Under the pieces are notes generated by a model that saw only the letters and a list, made by a program, of their open reading frames with translations, made no database searches and was not told the origin of the DNA. 37,225 bases of DNA from a virus: IMG/VR virus record IMGVR_UViG_3300045988_027175; one strand, written 5' to 3'. The stretch's first letter is position 1. Each line of letters starts with the position of its first letter. This document shows positions 8,990-17,397 of the stretch, in pieces. Made by a program: the position numbers and the translations under genes.

Positions 8990-9332
8990 AGAAATATTAG
9001 ATATGGTATCAGATTCAGCATATAACAAATTCATTCACGGCCTTGATTATGACGGATTGAAAAGTACGATTGTCGAATGTGCAACCAAAATTTACATTGC
9101 ACAGATGCAGCTTGAAAAAGAGAAGCTGCAAGAAGAATATGATGACCTTTATGAAGGTCATGACAAACTTGCTTATGACTGGGCAAAGTTAAAGAAAGAA
9201 AATAAAGAATTGCGCAAAAAATGCAGTGAACTTCTTGCAGAACTTAACAAAATAAGCAGCGAACCTCTTCTAAGAAAAATGACTATTGCTGAACTGAAGG
9301 AAAGGGGATTTTTAAGAAATGAGAGTAAATGA
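8964..9332 (+). CDS. Hypothetical coiled-coil protein (start uncertain: GTG 8964 or 8979, or ATG 9003)
   Basis: Open frame with K/E-rich heptad-like sequence. No clear SD for any of the candidate starts. Confidence 0.5.
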   Translation: MRWLRVIYKEILDMVSDSAYNKFIHGLDYDGLKSTIVECATKIYIAQMQLEKEKLQEEYDDLYEGHDKLAYDWAKLKKENKELRKKCSELLAELNKISSEPLLRKMTIAELKERGFLRNESK

Positions 9333-9528
9333 AGTGTTGACAAGAGTTGATGAAGATGAACTCTTTGACATTAGATGCAAAAGTTGGAATTTTTGTATAC
9401 AAGGCACAAAATGGGAAATCACTCATAGTGACACATTCATGGATAACCATTTTGGAGATATGTTAGTAACTCATATTGAAGTAAATGATTCGCCAAGAGG
9501 ACACGCAATCATGCTATTGGTTGATTAA
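9319..9528 (+). CDS. Hypothetical protein (69 aa)
   Basis: SD AAAGGGG before ATG 9319. Overlaps the upstream gene end. Confidence 0.5.
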   Translation: MRVNEVLTRVDEDELFDIRCKSWNFCIQGTKWEITHSDTFMDNHFGDMLVTHIEVNDSPRGHAIMLLVD

Positions 9529-9543
9529 GAAGGAGTTTATAAG

Positions 9544-9603
9544 ATGATATTTGTGTTCATTACGTTCATGATCATTCTTTGGATGATTATGATGTCTGGT
9601 TAA
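9544..9603 (+). CDS. 19-aa hydrophobic micropeptide MIFVFITFMIILWMIMMSG
   Basis: SD AAGGAG 8 nt upstream of ATG 9544. The peptide is one transmembrane-length hydrophobic stretch. Confidence 0.35.
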   Translation: MIFVFITFMIILWMIMMSG

Positions 9604-9615
9604 AGGAGATTGGAT

Positions 9616-9675
9616 ATGATGATTTGGATTATAATAATAGCAGCAGTGCTTATTTGGATCTTGATGACTGCATAA
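9616..9675 (+). CDS. 19-aa hydrophobic micropeptide MMIWIIIIAAVLIWILMTA
   Basis: SD AAGGAG 7-8 nt upstream of ATG 9616. Tandem to the previous micro-ORF. Confidence 0.35.
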   Translation: MMIWIIIIAAVLIWILMTA

Positions 9676-9693
9676 TTTTTCGGAGGTGTATGA

Positions 9694-10062
9694 ATGACTA
9701 CAGAAGAAACTAAACAGTATTTGAAAAACTACAAGAACATGATGCATAGAATAGAATATATTGATAACAAGCTAATCAATGTTAAATCAATACCTTATGA
9801 TGATTCTTCAGTAGGATCATACGCAGAGCCAAAAACAAATAACGATTACATCATGATGAAGGATAAGTATCTTAAAGAAATGAGCAGTATAAGAGCATCA
9901 GTTGAAAGCATAGAAGATATGACTCTAAGAGATGTGTTGTTCTATCGATACATAGAATGCTTAGAGATATATGACATTGCTGATATCATGGAGTGTTCTA
10001 ATACATCTGTATTTGCTTATCTGCGTGATGCGATTAAAGAACTTTCAATTATTCTTGATTAA
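9694..10062 (+). CDS. Late-gene transcriptional activator, sigma-70 region-4-like (DUF1492/RinA/ArpU type)
   Basis: N-terminal YLKNYKNMMHRIEYIDNKL and C-terminal HTH LRDVLFYRYIECLEIYDIADIMECSNTSVFAYLRDAIKEL. Sits directly upstream of terS. Confidence 0.6.
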   Translation: MTTEETKQYLKNYKNMMHRIEYIDNKLINVKSIPYDDSSVGSYAEPKTNNDYIMMKDKYLKEMSSIRASVESIEDMTLRDVLFYRYIECLEIYDIADIMECSNTSVFAYLRDAIKELSIILD

Positions 10063-10150
10063 TTCTTATTAAACTGTATTAATCTGCATTAATCAGAAGC
10101 GCACAGCACTTAAAAGGGTGCTAGTATGGTATTAGACAGAAATATATATA

Positions 10151-10183
10151 AGAGGACCGGGCTAAACAGTTTGGTCCTTTTTA
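10151..10183 (+). terminator. Rho-independent terminator-like hairpin just before terS
   Basis: agAGGACC-gggctaaacagtt-GGTCCTtttt. The stem is followed by T5. Confidence 0.6.
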
Positions 10184-10216
10184 CATTAAGAATCATTAAG
10201 GAGGTGTATTAGTTGT

Positions 10217-10642
10217 ATGACAGAAAAACAGAGACTGTTTGCAGATGAGTATCTGAAAGATCTAAATGGGACGCGTGCCTATAAAACGATATACACTACT
10301 ATCAAGAATGATAATGTTGCAGCAGTAAGAGCAAATACACTTCTTAAGCAGAAAGATATTTCTGATTATATAAGCAAAAGACTTGAAGAAATTCATAATG
10401 AGAACACGGCTGACATCCAAGAAGTGATGGAGTATCTTACATCAGTCCTCAGAGGGAAATCAGCCTCAGCGGTATTGATGATGAGTGGTAATGGTATGCA
10501 GAAGGTCGCTGAGAAGCCTCCGGATGAGAAGGAAAGGCTTAAAGCTGCAGAACTTCTTGGAAAGAGATTCGGTATGTTCAAAGATAATGTCGATATTACA
10601 TCTAATGGTAAAACAGTAATCGTGGATGATATAGATGAATAA
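10217..10642 (+). CDS. terS: Terminase small subunit (Terminase_2 type)
   Basis: MTEKQRLFADEYLKDLNGTRAYKTIY is the typical N-terminal HTH signature. Overlaps terL. Confidence 0.85.
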   Translation: MTEKQRLFADEYLKDLNGTRAYKTIYTTIKNDNVAAVRANTLLKQKDISDYISKRLEEIHNENTADIQEVMEYLTSVLRGKSASAVLMMSGNGMQKVAEKPPDEKERLKAAELLGKRFGMFKDNVDITSNGKTVIVDDIDE

Positions 10643-11888
10643 AGTTAGTTTGAAATCTACTATTGGTCCGGCTTTCTATGAAGTTCATAAGCATGTAAAA
10701 AACAATGACTACACGCATTATTGGTTAAAAGGTGGCCGTGGTTCTTTAAAGTCCTCTTTTATAGGTGTTGAGATACCTCTAGGCATTATGAGAGATGCTC
10801 AGCGAGGTGTTATGAGTAACGCTGTTATCATGAGAAGAGTAAAAGACACTCTCAGAGATTCAGTATATGAACAGATTAAGTGGGGCATCTATAAGTTAGG
10901 TGCTCAAGATGATTGGTTAATACCTGAGTCTAAATTAAAAATGACTTATATGCCAACAGGTCAGCAGATAATATTCAAGGGTGCCGATGAACCTAAAAAA
11001 ATGAAGTCAACAAAGGTCCATATAGGTTATGTTAAATACGTATGGTATGAAGAATGTGATGAATTCGAAACATATGACAAGATAACCAATATTAATCAGT
11101 CGCTTCTGCGTGGTGGACATGAGTATTGTGTCTTTTATTCTTTCAACCCTCCTGAATCACAAAGAAATTGGTGCAACAGGCAAGTTCTAGTAAAAAGGGA
11201 TGATACATATGTCTCCCATACAACTTATTTACAGGCGCCACCTGAGTGGCTTGGGGAGCAGTTTCTAATTGAAGCAGAGCATACTAAGAAAACAAATATT
11301 GAAAAATACAATCATGACTATCTAGGCGAAGTAACTGGTACAGGTAGTGAGGTTTTCACAAACCTTGATATTAGAGAAATCACAAAAGAAGAAATTGATG
11401 TATTCGATAGATTAAAATTCGGACTAGACTTTGGTTATGCTGGTGACCCTTTGGCTTTTATCAAAGCAAATTATGATAAGACGCGCAGACGTCTTTTTAT
11501 TTTTGATGAAGTATATGGCACTAGGCTGTCAAATGCTGATGCCGTTAAACTTATCAAAGAGATTAACCCGCTTAACGATCAGGTCACTGCCGATTCAGCT
11601 GAACCAAGAACTATAAACGAGTTCAAACTGTTAGGATTAAAAATAACAGGCGCCAAGAAAGGCCCTGACAGTGTAAAAAACGGTATTAAGTTCTTACAGG
11701 ACTTAGAATCAATCATCATAGATCCTGTTAGATGTCCTAATGCTTACAGGGAATTTAATGAATATGAGATTGAAAAAGATAAGGACGGTAACCTCAGAGG
11801 CGACTTTCCTGATAAGAATAACCACGCTATTGATGCAACTAGATACGCCATGGAGTACGAAATACTTCAGAAAAAGTGGACTTTATAA
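10635..11888 (+). CDS. terL: Terminase large subunit, PBSX/XtmB type (headful packaging expected)
   Basis: Walker A-like WLKGGRGSLKSS, Walker B VWYEECDE, and a C-terminal nuclease Asp block NNHAIDATRY. Confidence 0.9.
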   Translation: MNKVSLKSTIGPAFYEVHKHVKNNDYTHYWLKGGRGSLKSSFIGVEIPLGIMRDAQRGVMSNAVIMRRVKDTLRDSVYEQIKWGIYKLGAQDDWLIPESKLKMTYMPTGQQIIFKGADEPKKMKSTKVHIGYVKYVWYEECDEFETYDKITNINQSLLRGGHEYCVFYSFNPPESQRNWCNRQVLVKRDDTYVSHTTYLQAPPEWLGEQFLIEAEHTKKTNIEKYNHDYLGEVTGTGSEVFTNLDIREITKEEIDVFDRLKFGLDFGYAGDPLAFIKANYDKTRRRLFIFDEVYGTRLSNADAVKLIKEINPLNDQVTADSAEPRTINEFKLLGLKITGAKKGPDSVKNGIKFLQDLESIIIDPVRCPNAYREFNEYEIEKDKDGNLRGDFPDKNNHAIDATRYAMEYEILQKKWTL

Positions 11889-11901
11889 AGGAGACAACTA
11901 C

Positions 11902-12216
11902 ATGGAATTTAATATTAATGGAATCAACTGGACAATGGAATATGCCGACAGCGATAAGGACTTTTTAAACGACGGTGATAACACTATCCTAGGCCTTACG
12001 AAGTTTCTAGAACAAACAATCTATATTCGAAAAGGAATGTCTAAGGAGTTAACAAGAAGAACAGTGATACATGAATTATGCCACTGTTTTTTATTTTCTT
12101 TAGGCTTCTCAATGGATTGCTATACAGAAGAAACAATGTGCGATTTATTTGGAAATTATGCTGATCATATTGTTGGTTTAGCTGATGACTTTGAAAAAGA
12201 GGTGATTGAATGCTGA
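11902..12216 (+). CDS. Small HExxH protein, ImmA/IrrE (M78)-like zinc-metallopeptidase motif
   Basis: SD AAGGAG before ATG 11902. TILGLTKFLEQTIYIRKGMSKELTRRTVIHELCHCF. The N-terminal extension in the track (11740) lies inside terL. Confidence 0.55.
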   Translation: MEFNINGINWTMEYADSDKDFLNDGDNTILGLTKFLEQTIYIRKGMSKELTRRTVIHELCHCFLFSLGFSMDCYTEETMCDLFGNYADHIVGLADDFEKEVIEC

Positions 12217-13655
12217 CAGAAGAAGAAATCTTGAAGTTTATCAATGATGATAAGACATCAAAAAAGAAACGACTCGCAAGAGTCGGAGAACGCTATTATG
12301 AGTCTGAACACGATATCTTAGATTATAGAATGTTCTACTATAATCAGGACGGTGTTTTAGTCGAAGATACAACTAGAGCCAATGTTAAGAAGTGTCACGG
12401 CTTCTTTGGTGAATTGGTGGACCAGGAAGTACAGTATATCTTGAGCGGAAAAGACGGCATAGTTCACTCAGATGACACTAAACTTCAGAAAGAGTTGAAT
12501 AAGTATTTCAATAGAAAATTCAAAAACGCTCTTAGTGAAGTGATTACTGGCGCTATCACGAAAGGCTTTGAATATATGTATGCCTACGTAAACAAGAAAG
12601 GCAGATTAACATTCGAGCGTGCTGATTCTCTAGGAGTTATTGAAGTCAGAGAAAGAGAGACTGATGATGGATGCGCATATGTCATTTATTGGTACATTGA
12701 TAAACTGACCAAAGATAACAAAGCAATTAAACGTATTCAGGTATGGGATGAAAATCAGACATATTACTATGTTCAGGAAGAAAACGGAAGACTTCTTTTA
12801 GACGATTCTAAACGTATCAATCCAAGACCACACGTTATTTATACAAAAGATGGCGACAATGCTATTTATTATGAGAATTTTGGTTATATACCTTTCTTTC
12901 GACTAGACAATAACAAGAAGCAGCATTCAGGAGTCAAGGCTATTAAGTCGTTGATTGATGATTATGACATGATGGCTTGTGGCTTGTCCAATAACTTAGC
13001 CGACTTTGACAATCCAATTTATATAGTGAAGGGCTTTGAAGGGAATGACTTTGAAGAATTACAAACTAATCTGAAAACAAAGAAGATGATGGGAGTTCCA
13101 GAAGGTGGAGGGCTTGAAGTTCATACTGTTGAAGTACCTTATCAAGCGAGAGTTGCGAACATGGATAAGGATGAAGAAAATATCTATCGTTTTGGCATGG
13201 GCTTTAATTCTGCACAGGTAGGTGACGGCAATGTTACAAACGTAGTAATCAAATCAAGATACGCTCTTCTAGATCTTAAGTGTAATAAGCTGCAGGCAAG
13301 GATTGAGGAGTTCCTGGATAACATCCTTGAGGTTGTTCTAAAGGAAATCAACAAGAACAATAAGACCGATTATGATATCGATGATGTTTATTACAGCTTT
13401 GAAAAAGAAATCATAACAAATGAATCAGACAATGCACAGATTGAATTATTAAAGGCTCAGAAGAGACAGACTGAAATTAATACCATTCTTTCACTTGCTG
13501 AAGTAATCGATAACGAGACTATTGTTAAATTGATTTGTGAACAGTTGGATATTGATTATGAAGAAATCAAAGATAAACTCCCAAAGCCAAAAGAAGCGTA
13601 CGAGCAAGTAGATGATGTGACCGATACGTTAAACAATACGGTGCTAGATGAATAA
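12210..13655 (+). CDS. Portal protein (SPP1 gp6-like)
   Basis: 481 aa, immediately after terL. N-terminal ERYYESEHDILDYRMFYYNQDG resembles SPP1-type portals. Confidence 0.85.
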   Translation: MLTEEEILKFINDDKTSKKKRLARVGERYYESEHDILDYRMFYYNQDGVLVEDTTRANVKKCHGFFGELVDQEVQYILSGKDGIVHSDDTKLQKELNKYFNRKFKNALSEVITGAITKGFEYMYAYVNKKGRLTFERADSLGVIEVRERETDDGCAYVIYWYIDKLTKDNKAIKRIQVWDENQTYYYVQEENGRLLLDDSKRINPRPHVIYTKDGDNAIYYENFGYIPFFRLDNNKKQHSGVKAIKSLIDDYDMMACGLSNNLADFDNPIYIVKGFEGNDFEELQTNLKTKKMMGVPEGGGLEVHTVEVPYQARVANMDKDEENIYRFGMGFNSAQVGDGNVTNVVIKSRYALLDLKCNKLQARIEEFLDNILEVVLKEINKNNKTDYDIDDVYYSFEKEIITNESDNAQIELLKAQKRQTEINTILSLAEVIDNETIVKLICEQLDIDYEEIKDKLPKPKEAYEQVDDVTDTLNNTVLDE

Positions 13656-15156
13656 GAGACAGCTAGAAGTTGAAAAAGCCAAACTGCGAGAAGAGAAGAA
13701 GCTTCTGAAGGAATTAAAAAAGATATATGAAGATGCAGCCAAAGAAGTAGAACAGAAAATAAGGATTTCAAACGGTAAGATTGATTTACTCCTTTCTGTA
13801 TTTGATGAATTAGATGAAAAGCAGAAATCATTGCTTCAATCTCAGATATATCAGAAGAAGTTTCAAGAAAATCTCAAAAAGCAGTTAGATGAACTGATTG
13901 GGAATTTAAACGCTGATTCTTATGACAGTATTACAAGATATCTAACAGATTCCTATTACACAGGATATATCGGAACTATGTATGATATTCAAGGCCAAGG
14001 CATACCGCTAATTACTCCTATCAATGAGAAGCAAGTCACAAGGGCTATGACATTAAATACTAAATTGAGTGTACCACTGTATACTAGAATGGGTATTGAT
14101 GTTGGAGTCCTCAAAAAGCAGATTGCAAAGCATATCTCAAGAGGTATAGCCACATCTTCGTCTTATGCACACATTGCTAGAAACATAGATGGAGCATCTA
14201 ATATTGGTTTTAACAAAGCAATGAGGATTGCTAGAACAGAAGGGCATAGAATACAGGTTCTTGGTGCCAATGATGCACAGCATGCAGCAAAAGCCAAAGG
14301 TTGTGAAGTAGTCAAGCAGTGGGATTCTACACTTGACGGAAGAACTAGACCGCTTCATAGAGTTCTTGATGGGAAGCTTGCAGAAATAGACGAGCCTTTT
14401 GTAGTTGATGACATGGAGGTTATGTATCCTGGTGGCTTTGGGATTGCTTCACAGGATGTAAACTGTAGATGTGCACTCCTTCAACGTGCTAGGTGGGCTT
14501 TAGATGCTGATGAACTGAAGACACTTAAAGAAAGAGCTGAGTATTATGGGATTGATAAGAGCGATGATTTTCGAGACTTTAGAGAAAAATACTTGATGAC
14601 ATCGAACAGATTGAAAAGCTCAAATGATGATGGTAATATAAACATAGAAATAGATGGGTTCGCGCCTTGCCTTATTGAATGCAAAACAGGCAGAGTGGTT
14701 AATACTACTGTGAAAGAAATGAAACGAAGTGAATTAAAAGGATATAATAAGACAAGCGGATGGGTCATTAATTGGACTAAGGTTCCACATGATCAGATCA
14801 TAAAAGCTATATTCGCAGAAGGTAACGAGGAAATACAAGGGCTTATAGCGTATAAACCTGTGCATGAAAATTTAACTATAAAGATTCATTGGATAGTCGC
14901 CAATCCTAAAAGTAACGGCCATTTAACGAAAGATAAAGAGTATAAAGGAATCGGTGCCCATTTATTTGCTATTGCAGCAAAGGCCTCGTTTGATGAGGGT
15001 TATGATGGTTATGTTGAAAGCAAGGCTGCAAATAGTAAATTACTAAATTATTATATTAATAAAATAGGTGCAAAATATGTAGGTGGCTATGATTTTTATT
15101 TAGATACCGCAGCAGCAAAAGAGTTATTAGCAAAGTGCAATTGGAGGGATGAATGA
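13648..15156 (+). CDS. MuF/SPP1 gp7-like minor head protein fused to a C-terminal module of about 170 aa (GNAT-like)
   Basis: MuF blocks RIARTEGHR, DGRTRPLHRVLDG and NCRC. The C-terminal IKIHWIVANP...YKGIGAHLFAIAAKAS...GYVESKA...LLNYYINKIGAKYVG resembles GNAT motifs. Confidence 0.85.
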   Translation: MNKRQLEVEKAKLREEKKLLKELKKIYEDAAKEVEQKIRISNGKIDLLLSVFDELDEKQKSLLQSQIYQKKFQENLKKQLDELIGNLNADSYDSITRYLTDSYYTGYIGTMYDIQGQGIPLITPINEKQVTRAMTLNTKLSVPLYTRMGIDVGVLKKQIAKHISRGIATSSSYAHIARNIDGASNIGFNKAMRIARTEGHRIQVLGANDAQHAAKAKGCEVVKQWDSTLDGRTRPLHRVLDGKLAEIDEPFVVDDMEVMYPGGFGIASQDVNCRCALLQRARWALDADELKTLKERAEYYGIDKSDDFRDFREKYLMTSNRLKSSNDDGNINIEIDGFAPCLIECKTGRVVNTTVKEMKRSELKGYNKTSGWVINWTKVPHDQIIKAIFAEGNEEIQGLIAYKPVHENLTIKIHWIVANPKSNGHLTKDKEYKGIGAHLFAIAAKASFDEGYDGYVESKAANSKLLNYYINKIGAKYVGGYDFYLDTAAAKELLAKCNWRDE

Positions 15157-15353
15157 TGAAGAATAAATTTGAGCCAATACCAGATCCGACAGAAGAAGAT
15201 GGATTCGAAGGCATATATGTTGGGGATTTAGAAGATGGTGAAAAGTGTAGTACAAAACCGGTGCCGTATGATTTGCGTGGTTTGACAAAATATTTACAAG
15301 AACACCATCTGGATCAGCCAACAGAAGAAATACTATTAATGTTTAGAAAGTAG
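15153..15353 (+). CDS. Small acidic protein (66 aa), translationally coupled to the MuF gene; candidate immunity/partner protein
   Basis: ATGA overlap at 15153-15156. SD GGAGGGA upstream. Followed by a strong terminator. Confidence 0.55.
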   Translation: MMKNKFEPIPDPTEEDGFEGIYVGDLEDGEKCSTKPVPYDLRGLTKYLQEHHLDQPTEEILLMFRK

Positions 15354-15362
15354 AAGTTATTT

Positions 15363-15391
15363 AAACGGTTCCTCAGAACCGTTTTTATTTT
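15363..15391 (+). terminator. Rho-independent terminator
   Basis: 9-bp stem AAACGGTTC / GAACCGTTT, 4-nt loop, then TTTTTATTTT. Confidence 0.75.
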
Positions 15392-15411
15392 ACTCTGAAA
15401 GGAGGTATTTA

Positions 15412-15624
15412 ATGTCTGAAGGACTACGACCACACAGTCACTGTTATTTTGAAGTAGAATCAAGAAGATACTTCGATAAAAACAGAGGCTGTGCAATCAG
15501 AAAAACGCACTATGAGTGCATGATATGCGGTCATGAGTTCTATGAAACAGTAGAACTTTCTCATGATCCACCACAATATAAGAATAAAAACAATGTATTA
15601 AACAGAAATAGAAACAGAGGCTAG
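15412..15624 (+). CDS. Small Cys/His (zinc-ribbon-like) protein, moron-like
   Basis: SD AAAGGAGG 8 nt before the ATG. HSHC...CMICGH. Bracketed by terminators. Confidence 0.5.
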   Translation: MSEGLRPHSHCYFEVESRRYFDKNRGCAIRKTHYECMICGHEFYETVELSHDPPQYKNKNNVLNRNRNRG

Positions 15625-15644
15625 ACGTAGGCTCTTTTTATTTT
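15616..15644 (+). terminator. Weaker terminator-like hairpin
   Basis: AGAGGCTA-gacg-TAGGCTCT (one G/G mismatch) followed by TTTTTATTTT. Confidence 0.45.
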
Positions 15645-15754
15645 GCCCTGGACATGGCATTTAAAAGGTTTATAAAATTCATCCAGCATGATGTTAAAAC
15701 TGCGACCGCACTAGAAGACACTAGATTTAAAAACGTAGCGGAGAGAGGTATTAC

Positions 15755-16372
15755 ATGGATTTTCTTAAGGATATTCTAGGCACTGAGTTATTTGAACAGG
15801 TGGCTAATGCAGTAAATGCATATAACGGCAATGAAGCGAATAGGGATAAACAGATTAAGATTGCAAATCTAGCAAGTGGTAAATACGTTGATAAAGGCAA
15901 ATATACGGCTCTTGAGGAATTATTAAATAAGAAAGATACCGATTTAACGGACGCTCAGAAACTTATTGAAGGTCTAAAAGAATCGGCCGGAAAAGGCGAA
16001 GATATGGCTGCTAAGATTGCAGAATTTGAGACAACTATCAGAAATCAGCAGGAAGAACTAAAAAAAGCAAAGACAGAGTCAGCATTAAAGATTGAACTTC
16101 TTTCAGCTGGTGCCAAGGCTGACGACATTGATTATTTACTTTTTAAATTAGGTAATGACAGTGATTTTAAGGCTGAACTTGACGAAAACGGCAAGTTAAA
16201 AGGCATTGATGAAAAAATGAAGAATTTAAAGACTATTTATCCTAATCAGTTCGAAGCCGAAACATCTAAGAAAATTGATGAAAATAACTTACCAGGTGGC
16301 AAAACCGACGATACTCCTGAACCAACCACATTGACAGGAGCAATCAGAAACAGATATGAAAACAAAGAATAA
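15755..16372 (+). CDS. Scaffolding protein (GP20-like)
   Basis: Helical, acidic, coiled-coil, 205 aa, directly upstream of the capsid gene. N-terminal MDFLKDILGTELFEQV is typical of this family. Confidence 0.7.
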   Translation: MDFLKDILGTELFEQVANAVNAYNGNEANRDKQIKIANLASGKYVDKGKYTALEELLNKKDTDLTDAQKLIEGLKESAGKGEDMAAKIAEFETTIRNQQEELKKAKTESALKIELLSAGAKADDIDYLLFKLGNDSDFKAELDENGKLKGIDEKMKNLKTIYPNQFEAETSKKIDENNLPGGKTDDTPEPTTLTGAIRNRYENKE

Positions 16373-16387
16373 AGAGAGGATTAATAT

Positions 16388-17386
16388 ATGCCAATTTTAT
16401 TAAAAGATATGAAAGTCGGAATGCATGACAAAGTCGCTGAACAGGTAGTTGACTCATTTATCAGACATTCCGAAGTATTAGAATTATTACCATTCGATAA
16501 TGCAGTATCACCAAGTGGAGGCTCTACATTAACATATGGATATGTACAGACTAAATTACCTTCTAACACTGCATTCCGTGCTTTAAATACTGAATATGCT
16601 TCTAGCGAAGCAAAATTAGAACAGAAAGCCGTTAACCTAAAGGTATTCGGTGGCGCTTTTGAAATTGACCGTGTTATCAAGGATGCAGAAGGCATGTACG
16701 ATAACATGGCATACCAGATTGATGAAAAGGTCATCTCAGCAATTGGAACATTCCACAATGCTATGATCAATGGAGATTCAGCAACTAACTCTGAAACCTT
16801 TGACGGTTTAGACAAGTTCTTAGTTGGTCAGACAACAGAATTTAACACAGGCGCTTACTATGACTTATCAACAATGGCTAAGCTAGAAGAAAATGCCAGT
16901 GTATTCTATGAAGCATTAATCAAATTAATCAATAGAACAGGCGCAGATGCTTTATTTGTAAATGAAGATATGAAGTCTAAAATTCAGACTGTCGCTAGAG
17001 TATTAGGATATAAGACAGAAAGCGAAGAAGCTTTCGGCCGTGTCGTTACTACTATTGGAGAAAATAAAGTAAGATTAATTGATTTAGGAGACGTTGTAAC
17101 TGCTTCAGGAGAAACAGCTGTTGAAACTCCTATCATCGGATTAAAGACTAGAAAAGTTGGTTCTGAAGCAAGTGTGACAGGATTAACAGATATCTATGCT
17201 GTTAAGTTCGATGTAAAGAAAGGATTCCACGGTGTTACTTTAACAGGATCTAGCGGAGTGAATACTTATTTACCTGATTTCAACACTCCAGGAGCAGTTA
17301 AGAAGGGCGAAGTTGAAATGGTTGCTTGTGTTGCCTTAAAGAATACAAAAGGCGCTGGAGTATTAAGAAACGTTAAAATCTTATAG
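16388..17386 (+). CDS. Major capsid protein
   Basis: 332 aa after the scaffold gene. Strong SD AGAGAGGA. Assigned by position and size. Confidence 0.75.
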   Translation: MPILLKDMKVGMHDKVAEQVVDSFIRHSEVLELLPFDNAVSPSGGSTLTYGYVQTKLPSNTAFRALNTEYASSEAKLEQKAVNLKVFGGAFEIDRVIKDAEGMYDNMAYQIDEKVISAIGTFHNAMINGDSATNSETFDGLDKFLVGQTTEFNTGAYYDLSTMAKLEENASVFYEALIKLINRTGADALFVNEDMKSKIQTVARVLGYKTESEEAFGRVVTTIGENKVRLIDLGDVVTASGETAVETPIIGLKTRKVGSEASVTGLTDIYAVKFDVKKGFHGVTLTGSSGVNTYLPDFNTPGAVKKGEVEMVACVALKNTKGAGVLRNVKIL

Positions 17387-17397
17387 GAGGCATGACT

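Noticed and set aside
11740-11901. N-terminal extension of the HExxH ORF in the track (start 11740), lying inside terL.
   Set aside because: That part overlaps the terL coding frame and has no SD. ATG 11902 has AAGGAG upstream and follows the terL stop.
16381-16815. Long antisense ORFs in the track: this one, plus 21634-22008, 24280-24681, 28911-29321, 36805-37161, 1049-1306 and 13556-13831.
   Set aside because: All lie opposite well-supported plus-strand genes. They lack SD sequences and have biased, low-complexity composition typical of shadow frames in AT-rich coding DNA.
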